From the NCBI GenBank assembly GCA_964598025.1, contig CAZRAU010000002.1, positions 17,854 to 81,853 on the forward strand: a stretch of 64,000 bases of DNA. Reading direction: 5' to 3'. Shown here one piece after another: positions 18,601 through 24,635 of this stretch (position 1 is the stretch's first letter; each line of letters starts with the position of its first letter). Under the pieces are notes generated by a model, which was not told the origin of the DNA, searched no databases, and was given only the letters and a program-made list of their open reading frames with translations. The position numbers and the translations under genes were made by a program. The DNA is from an uncultured bacterium. Its GTDB lineage: Bacteria > Arandabacterota > Arandabacteria > Arandabacterales > Arandabacteraceae.

Positions 18601-19096
18601 GGGAAGCACCTTCAGAGTGTACCTGGCCGCGACCGGGCGCCCTGCGGAATCCCGCCCGAAGGAAAGCGGTTCGCTCGATGCATACAAAGGGAGCGGGGAA
18701 CGGGTCCTGGTCGTGGAGGACGAGGATCCTGTCCGAGAATTGGTCATCGAAGTCCTTGAAACCAACGGCTACAAAACGACACAGGCAGCCGGCGTCAAGG
18801 AAGCTCTAGCCATCTTCGAAGGCGCGGCCGGCAACTTCGACCTGGTGGTGAGCGATGTTGTCCTGGGAGACGGCACCGGGGTCGACCTGATCGCGGAGGT
18901 GCTGTCGCAGAAACCGGAAGTCAAGTGCCTGCTCAACAGCGGCTACACCGACGAGAAGTCCCAATGGCCGGAAATACGTGACCGGGGATACAATTTCCTG
19001 CACAAGCCGTTTACCGTCATCGCCTTGCTCCGCGCGGTGAAGGCGGCCCTGGCAAGCGAGGAAAAGACCCCTTCCATGACTGCCTCCGTGCCTTAA
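15617..19096 (+). CDS. large membrane hybrid sensor kinase (TM, PAS x3, conserved 115-aa sensory module, GAF, HisKA, HATPase, REC); track start 15605 (GTG)
   Basis: Hydrophobic N-terminus. H-box [21 protein letters not shown]. HATPase NARDAMP...[32 protein letters not shown]. Receiver VLVVEDEDPV...VVSDVVLGDGTG...NSGYTDEKSQWP. Confidence 0.88.
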   Translation: MRNEHKLIWYPISAGLLIVISHALIRLGFHFAAGAFFRAVITGLEVGAGLLFIGVALAVIIRRHRAARDLVERGSGDELAWLSQVFDMTTESVFITNLDRVIIDVNRAALEASGRSGKSELVGRDVLDILVPEDREPAKGAFEKVVEDGHLTERGFRVLRPDGERVEVEASVSLIRDPQGYAGGFVGIARDLHLLRERESQLLDSERRFRTLFDSATDGLLVADTDTKMLIMANRRICEMLGYTQAELLALGVEDIHPAKDLPRVFQVFGDQVAGRRSFAAELPLKRKDGSVIHADVNSSMMTLDGSPRLLGIFRDATERMAADEVLRGRTHELAERVKELDCMNMASRLMSAQEKSTEEILAELVRLVPAALQYPDKACGMVSVDGENYSTPGFVETGNAISAIIRVSRMAKGRLLVCYAGTFDSGEGDGGAFLKEEQQLIETLALEIGKFLERRAVKAALVASEEKYRLLVDNQTDLVVKVDTEGRFLFASRSYCEMFGKTEDELLGRKFMPLVHEDDRDATVREMERLYKAPFTCYAEQRSMTKDGWRWLAWAYKAIVGEDGKIEAVVGVGRDVSGRKAAEQALYRSEHELKVRNEIADIFLTVPDDKMYERVLGAVLKAAGSRRGCFAVMDESRRLICAPGVIDARDIFVRTQCSNVLTEDQWLEAWGDLFRDGKAVVLDGPLDLSGSLLNAQRGMAAPLVHQKAPVGLLLVADKPSDYTEDDRTLLETIGKKIAPILAARLERDTEERGRLATEAEREQLQSQLVQSQKIEAIGILAGGVAHDFNNILSSVQGHCELAMLKAGEGSRLEHDLKQVGNAAARGAALTRKLLLFSRKHPMEVSLLDINEVVTDMHEMLDRLIGEDITVENRLGDDIWTVRGDRTGIEQVIMNLAVNARDAMPAGGAIEISTENVEVDSTTSPPSPDGKRGKYVCLKVSDNGTGMDRKTVERIFEPFYTTKEMDSGTGLGLSVVHGIVKHHGGWIDVKSTRGQGSTFRVYLAATGRPAESRPKESGSLDAYKGSGERVLVVEDEDPVRELVIEVLETNGYKTTQAAGVKEALAIFEGAAGNFDLVVSDVVLGDGTGVDLIAEVLSQKPEVKCLLNSGYTDEKSQWPEIRDRGYNFLHKPFTVIALLRAVKAALASEEKTPSMTASVP

Positions 19097-19209
19097 CCTA
19101 CCGCCGGGAACTGCCTGTCGCAAGTCGCAAAGCACCGGGATAGAATCTTCTTGAGGAATGCGACCTCTTTCAACTAAAGACATCGGGAGGAGTGTCGATA
19201 TATACAGAT

Positions 19210-19219
19210 GGAGGTCACC
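19210..19219 (+). repeat. GGAGGTCACC motif copy followed by AGATGG, inside a 540-nt gene-free island
   Basis: gatGGAGGTCACCagATGg. Confidence 0.7.
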
Positions 19220-19631
19220 AGATGGTTCAGTCGGAAGTCTTAGGACTAAGCAGTATCCCTGGGAAGCTCAGTGGGCAGAGATCGAATTCTCACGTGCCCC
19301 TCGCTCCCGCCGATTCGTCGGGCCGGACAGTCCACCCTCTCCTCGCGGGAGCGGCCTGTTGCCCCCCGGCTATCCTGGCCTGCGAATCACTCTGTCCGTC
19401 GCCCCCGTCTCGTCAGGGAATCCGGCGCCTCTCCTTATGCACACCAGGCTCCCCGGAGACGGTACCCCCGTGGGTGTGGCAGCCGACTGGTGAAGTTGAA
19501 GACTCCCTTCTGGCGAACCTCGCCAAGGGGGTGGGGTCCCGAAGAGCACACATTCGCGGAAGCGGGCGGCGATGTCCGACCGCTCCCTATTGGGACAACG
19601 TTGGACCCCGCCCATCCCCAACCTATATGCG

Positions 19632-20555
19632 ATGGCTACACACATGAAAGTATTGATCATAGACGATAGCCCCGATGCCATGATGATCGCAAAAGCCCGG
19701 TTGGCCGGCGAAGATATCGAGATCCTGTGTGCCGACGGCGGGCGCAGCGGCCTTGCTATTGCCGAACAGGAGAAACCGGACGCGATCCTTCTGGATCTGG
19801 ACATGCCGGACATGTCGGGATTCGATGTCTGCCGGGCGCTCAAGTCCCACCTTGAGCTCAACATGATCCCTATCGTCTTCCTGTCCGGGTCAGGCAGCCC
19901 GGAGGACAAGATAAAAGGTCTCAACCTTGGGGCCGTGGACTATGTGACGAAGCCTTTTGACGCATTCGAACTCAAGGCGCGGGTCAGGGCCGTGCTGAGA
20001 ACCAAGCGTCTGCAGGATCTCCTCGTTGAGCAAGCCCGGATCGACCCGCTGACGGGGTTGCCTAACCGCCGAGCGTTCACCGAAAAGCTCGGGCAGGAGT
20101 GGGCCAGAGTGAACCGGCACCAGGTGGCGATGTCTTTAATCATGGCCGACATCGACACCTTCAAAGCTCTGAACGATACCTACGGCCACCAGGTGGGCGA
20201 CGAAGTCTTGCAGGAAGTTGCAGCCAGGATCCGGCAGTCATGCCGGGTCAATGACATGTCCGCACGGTACGGTGGCGAGGAGTTTGTTATTGTCGCCCCC
20301 GACACAGTCGCGGTGGGGGCTTTCCGGCTCGCCGAGAGGTGCCGCCGTGCTGTGGAAGGCATCCGCCTGAAGGTTGACGGCTCGACGGTGTGTCCCACGG
20401 CAAGCTTCGGTGTCGCCGACGCGGACCAGGCGGATTCACCGGAGGCGTTGATCAGGCTGGCCGATGACGCCCTTTATCGGGCGAAAGCCGCGGGTCGTAA
20501 TCGTGTGGAATGTTCCGGTCCTGTACCCCACGAGGCACATGCCGAAGCCCTATAG
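19632..20555 (+). CDS. response regulator with GGDEF diguanylate cyclase output (REC-GGDEF); track start 19572
   Basis: MKVLIIDDSPD...AILLDLDMPDMSG receiver. RYGGEEFVIV active-site motif and RxxD-like region. Confidence 0.85.
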   Translation: MATHMKVLIIDDSPDAMMIAKARLAGEDIEILCADGGRSGLAIAEQEKPDAILLDLDMPDMSGFDVCRALKSHLELNMIPIVFLSGSGSPEDKIKGLNLGAVDYVTKPFDAFELKARVRAVLRTKRLQDLLVEQARIDPLTGLPNRRAFTEKLGQEWARVNRHQVAMSLIMADIDTFKALNDTYGHQVGDEVLQEVAARIRQSCRVNDMSARYGGEEFVIVAPDTVAVGAFRLAERCRRAVEGIRLKVDGSTVCPTASFGVADADQADSPEALIRLADDALYRAKAAGRNRVECSGPVPHEAHAEAL

Positions 20556-20684
20556 GCAGTCCGCCCTCCCTGCGGGCACACCATAAGCGCATCACCACCG
20601 AGCCGTCGGTCCGGGGATCCGGCCGGACTGCATCACGCGATTTACACTTAAACCCGAATGTCACCGGTGCCGATATGAATACAT

Positions 20685-20694
20685 GGAGGTCACC
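20685..20694 (+). repeat. GGAGGTCACC motif copy abutting ATG 20695
   Basis: catGGAGGTCACCATGtta. Confidence 0.7.
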
Positions 20695-21297
20695 ATGTTA
20701 TTCAGACTGAGAATTGCCGCGTATGCGTGTATTGCGTGCGTGCTCATCGTAACACACTTTCTTGCCGCGGTGCGCCTCCACGGTGTTGGCGGCAATCTGT
20801 CGAGCGTGTTGTACGCAGCCCCGGGTATCGCGGCATTCATTCTGCTGTCCATAGTCATACACCGTGTGACACCCACCGGAGTGTCCACAGCCGGCCGCGT
20901 TGCCCAAAGGATGAAAGGGTTACACTGTCTCTACCAGGTCTCAGCGGTCATGGCGAGGGAGCAGGGATTGGTCGAGACCCTGCAGCAGGTAGTCGATCTG
21001 ATTCCGCCCGCCATGCAGTATCCGGGCAGCGCCCAAGCCAGGATAACATGCGCAGGGATGAACTTCAATACGTCAGGGTTTGTTGAGACGGAGTGGGGGA
21101 TTTCGTCTGAAATAAAGGTGGGTGGGAGACCGGTCGGCTCGCTTCAAGCCTGCTATGCAGCGGAACGCCCGGAGACCGAGCGCGGCCCCTTCCTTGAGTA
21201 TGAAGAACTGCTTATCAAGGCTCTTGCCGCTGAGGCAGGAGCATTCATCGAACAATATCAGGCTGCAGAGTCGCCGAGACTGCGACAGCGGGTGTAA
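20695..21297 (+). CDS. small membrane protein: 2 predicted TM helices + conserved 115-aa sensory module (no output domain); track start 20683
   Basis: Hydrophobic stretches IAAYACIACVLIV and GIAAFILLSIVI. Module LHCLYQVSAVM...AMQYP...TSGFVETEWGIS...FLEYEELLIKALAAEAGAFIEQ shared with the HKs at 15617 and 24628. Confidence 0.7.
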   Translation: MLFRLRIAAYACIACVLIVTHFLAAVRLHGVGGNLSSVLYAAPGIAAFILLSIVIHRVTPTGVSTAGRVAQRMKGLHCLYQVSAVMAREQGLVETLQQVVDLIPPAMQYPGSAQARITCAGMNFNTSGFVETEWGISSEIKVGGRPVGSLQACYAAERPETERGPFLEYEELLIKALAAEAGAFIEQYQAAESPRLRQRV

Positions 21298-21298
21298 C

Positions 21299-23212
21299 AT
21301 GCGAGACGAATACAAGTTCATCATAATCGGTGGAATTGCCGGCGCTGCCATTTACTTCACTCGAAGCGTCGCCAGTCCCCTGCTTTTTCCGGATCAGTCG
21401 GCCTGGGAGTGGATCGGCAACGAACTCCCGATCTATGCGATCGTTACGGTGTTCGCAGTGGCTGCATTGCGCATTCTCAGGGGCCACAGGGCGGTTGTTC
21501 GAACCACGAAACAGCTTCAACATGAGTCCGATATCCGTGACCGGATCAGCAGGACATTCCTGTTGGCCCCGGAAGAGAACGTGTACTCGGACGTGCTGGA
21601 TCACATAATCAAGTTCACCGGCAGCAAGCACGGCGTCTTCGGCTATCTGGATGAGCGCGGGCGCCTGGTATGTCCGTCCCTCACCGACCGCCAATGGGAT
21701 TTGCTGCAATCGCAGGATACAGGCATCGTCTTCAAGCGGCATACCTGGACGGGCCTATGGGGACGTGCGCTTACCGAACGAAGGCTCGTATGGTCGAACA
21801 GTAGCATAACCACACCAGGGGGGCCCGGGGCAGTACACCGGGCGGTAGGCGTTCCGCTAATGCATGAGCGCAAGGTCATCGGACTCCTGATGGTCGGGGA
21901 GAAACCGACGGACTACTCGCTTGCGGACCGGGTGTTCATTCAACATATTGCAGACCATATCGGGCCCATCCTGAACCGGAAACTCGAGGCATTCACGCCG
22001 GACTCGGAGGGTGGGGCCGGCTCGGACAGGCAGCAAGCACAGATCCGGATTCTCCAGCAGCAGCGTCTGGACGCTACATCCGCCGCGACGAGTGCCGTCG
22101 CCACCCAGTTCAGCCGGTGTGTATCCGGCACAGGGACCAAAATAGCCTCAGCGGTCAAGGGAGACGACCGGCGCCTGTTGCTCGGGGACCTCAGGCGGGT
22201 CTATGAGATCGGGCTCAGGTCGGTCAACCTGACACGGCAATTGCTGCTTCTTAATCGAAAGCACTTCATCAGGCCAGTTACCCTGGACATAAGCGTTGTA
22301 ATGCATGAAGTGCTGAAGATGATGGGCAATCTGCTAGGTGAAGATGTCGAGGTCACCGCCGATCTGGAGGCGGACCTCTGGTCTGTTCAAGCAGACCGAG
22401 CCGCGATAGAGCAGGTAATAACGGAACTGGTCATGAATGCCCTCGCTGCGATGCCGGCGGGAGGACATCTCCGGATTGAAACCCAAAACGCCGCCATCGG
22501 GGAAGGGGAATACGAGCTGACCGAAGAAGCCCGTCCCGGCAATTTCGTGTGCATATCGGTGACGGATGACGGGCACGGAATGGACAGGACCAAGCTCAAG
22601 AACGTATTCGAGCCGTTTACCGGTGGGGAAGAGGAAGAGGCGGGACCGGGCGTGGGCCTCTCGGTGGCCCGGAGCATAATCAGACAGCATGAAGGTTGGA
22701 TCAACGCATACAGTGAGCCGGGGCGAGGCTCGACGTTCAAGATGTACTTGCCCGGATTGGCGATTGCGCGCCGGGAGACCCATGAAGGGCCGGCGTCGAA
22801 TGAGGCCGTCAGGGGCCACGGAGAGAGAATCCTCCTGGTCGAAGACGAGGACGAAATCTGCGAATTGGTCGCACTCCTGCTTGCGGAGAACGGATACGCG
22901 GTGACCAGTGCCGCGCATGCCAATGAGGCCATCAGGATCTTCAGAAGCGAGAATGGGACATTCGACTTGTTATTCAGCGACATCGCACTACCCGACGAGG
23001 ACGGTATCTCCCTCGCAAACAGGCTGGTGCGAATCAAGCCCGATCTCCCGGTCTTGCTTACCAGCGGCTACATGGACGCCGAAGGCCAGTGGCGTATCAA
23101 GTGCGACAAGGGATACGGTTTCGTCAGCAAGCCCTTCTCGACCGCAGTCATGCTGAAGGAGGTCTCCCAGGCTCTCACCCAGGGTAGTGCCGTGGACAAG
23201 GTCACAGCGTAG
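21299..23212 (+). CDS. hybrid histidine-kinase-like protein (2TM-GAF-DHp-HATPase-REC) whose H-box histidine appears replaced (AVATQFSR instead of VAHDFNN)
   Basis: ATG 21299 one nt after the TAA of the upstream ORF. GAF similar to the 15617 protein. DHp alignment anchored on LTRQLLLLNRKH. Intact N/G boxes ([46 protein letters not shown]). Receiver with Asp (LLFSDIALPDEDG). Confidence 0.8.
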   Translation: MRDEYKFIIIGGIAGAAIYFTRSVASPLLFPDQSAWEWIGNELPIYAIVTVFAVAALRILRGHRAVVRTTKQLQHESDIRDRISRTFLLAPEENVYSDVLDHIIKFTGSKHGVFGYLDERGRLVCPSLTDRQWDLLQSQDTGIVFKRHTWTGLWGRALTERRLVWSNSSITTPGGPGAVHRAVGVPLMHERKVIGLLMVGEKPTDYSLADRVFIQHIADHIGPILNRKLEAFTPDSEGGAGSDRQQAQIRILQQQRLDATSAATSAVATQFSRCVSGTGTKIASAVKGDDRRLLLGDLRRVYEIGLRSVNLTRQLLLLNRKHFIRPVTLDISVVMHEVLKMMGNLLGEDVEVTADLEADLWSVQADRAAIEQVITELVMNALAAMPAGGHLRIETQNAAIGEGEYELTEEARPGNFVCISVTDDGHGMDRTKLKNVFEPFTGGEEEEAGPGVGLSVARSIIRQHEGWINAYSEPGRGSTFKMYLPGLAIARRETHEGPASNEAVRGHGERILLVEDEDEICELVALLLAENGYAVTSAAHANEAIRIFRSENGTFDLLFSDIALPDEDGISLANRLVRIKPDLPVLLTSGYMDAEGQWRIKCDKGYGFVSKPFSTAVMLKEVSQALTQGSAVDKVTA

Positions 23213-23408
23213 CGTCGAGACTTCTGTCGCGGGCGGGCCGGCTCGCGTCATCCGCGAACCTCGGTCGCGAGGTGACGGAGATGCCGGTGCCGTGGCAGAG
23301 GGTTTGTGAATAATCAGGGCTAGGTGGGACGGCGGAGGCTCCGGGTATCGGAGCGCCCCAGCGATGGAATCTGCGGGGCTGGCCGCGCTCGGCCAATGAC
23401 CGCGGTTT

Positions 23409-23418
23409 GGAGGTCACC
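23409..23418 (+). repeat. GGAGGTCACC motif copy in gene-free convergent intergenic island
   Basis: gtttGGAGGTCACCtaagg. Confidence 0.7.
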
Positions 23419-23474
23419 TAAGGAAGGTGCCGCGGCCAGAGGAGTGCGGCCAGCCCCATTGCCGCTCTCACACT

Positions 23475-23484
23475 GGAGGTCACC
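23475..23484 (+). repeat. GGAGGTCACC motif copy followed by AGATG (same extended form as copy at 19210)
   Basis: actGGAGGTCACCagATGtgg. Confidence 0.7.
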
Positions 23485-23885
23485 AGATGTGGGGTGAGCG
23501 GCATTGCAGATCGTATCGCTTCGGCGGGCGCGCCCGTGCAGCCGGCCATGTGGCCGGAACGGGGCCGTCGTCTGAAAACCGAACACGGGGATTGGAGTCC
23601 TCGTCGTCCCGGCTCCATCAGATCTTTTCGGCATGCCCAAAGCCTCCGCGTTTTCGTCTATCAAAAAAGGCACAATCGATGTCGTCTCACGTTTACGACG
23701 ACTCAATTGCGCCTTCGACTTGCAGGTCTTATAACCTGCCCGGCAAGGCGGCCCGCGCCCAAGTCGCGAGCCTTTTTCACTATCCAACTATCTACTTCGA
23801 CACATGGCCTGGAAACTTTAGCTGTTTTTGTGGCATCTTTTCTTTTTCACTCTTGGGCGCCATGCACGCTCGTCGGACGGCTGTC

Positions 23886-24635
23886 TCAATCGGTCGCGTC
23901 GACCAGGTCCTCAATCTTCTTGCGTAGGTCGCTGAGCTCCTTGGATCTGAACGACCGCTTGGACTTCTCGAGCACGTCGATCGTCTCCTTCATGGTGTCG
24001 ACGAGTTTCCTGGTTCTCGGGCAATCCAACAGACGGCAGATCTCGCCCTTGCCGGCTGAATCGGCAATAGCGGCCATGGCCGTCCTCAGGTCGGCCAAGC
24101 CGCCGGCGATGTGGCTGAGAGTCAACGCCACATACGTATCGGTGGGGACCGCGGGCAGGCCGGCCGGCTTTTCGGAAAGAACGCTCTTTATCTCGTCGAG
24201 GTCGCGGTCCCAGTCCAGGAGGCGCTGTTGAGTCTTACATACGGCCTTGAAAACCCTGGAACGTGAAAGGGCGGATTCGATCGCGGTCAGTAAGGCCGGA
24301 AAATCTATCGGTTTCAACACATAGGCAACGACGGGCAGGCTTACCGAATCTATGGCGGTTCTCATCGAGGGGTAGCCGGTTACCAGGATTACCGGGAGGC
24401 CATCGTCCAGGTCCTTGACTTTCCGAATAAGCTCCAGGTCGGGGTTCCCGGGCATCTTTATATCCGCGATAAGGAGATCGTACTTGTCCAGCCGCAGTGC
24501 CTCTGCCGCGGCCCTCCCATCCGGGACACAACAGCACTCATATCCCTCATCACGGAGAAGGTCACCGGTGGATTTCAGAAACGACATCTCATCGTCGGCA
24601 AGCAGCAGTTTCCCCTTAGAGGTGGTATCAGGCAT
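23886..24635 (-). CDS. response regulator: receiver + uncharacterised ~120-aa helical C-terminal domain
   Basis: KLLLADDEMSF...LLIADIKMPGNPD...VILVTGY...VAYVLKP. Overlaps the end of the upstream HK by 8 nt (operon). Confidence 0.75.
   Translation of the reverse strand: MPDTTSKGKLLLADDEMSFLKSTGDLLRDEGYECCCVPDGRAAAEALRLDKYDLLIADIKMPGNPDLELIRKVKDLDDGLPVILVTGYPSMRTAIDSVSLPVVAYVLKPIDFPALLTAIESALSRSRVFKAVCKTQQRLLDWDRDLDEIKSVLSEKPAGLPAVPTDTYVALTLSHIAGGLADLRTAMAAIADSAGKGEICRLLDCPRTRKLVDTMKETIDVLEKSKRSFRSKELSDLRKKIEDLVDATD

Noticed and set aside
19230-19330. Possible tRNA-like element (GAGATCGAATTCTC resembles a T-arm)
   Set aside because: No consistent acceptor stem, D-arm or anticodon arm could be built around it.
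19192-19647. 151-aa ORF following the motif copy at 19210
   Set aside because: Pro/Ser/Gly/Cys-rich product without a plausible fold. Treated as non-coding leader; a short uORF from ATG 19222 cannot be excluded.
23427-23927. 166-aa ORF following the motif copy at 23475
   Set aside because: Low-complexity, Arg/Ser-rich product that runs into the AT-rich tract. No domain signature.
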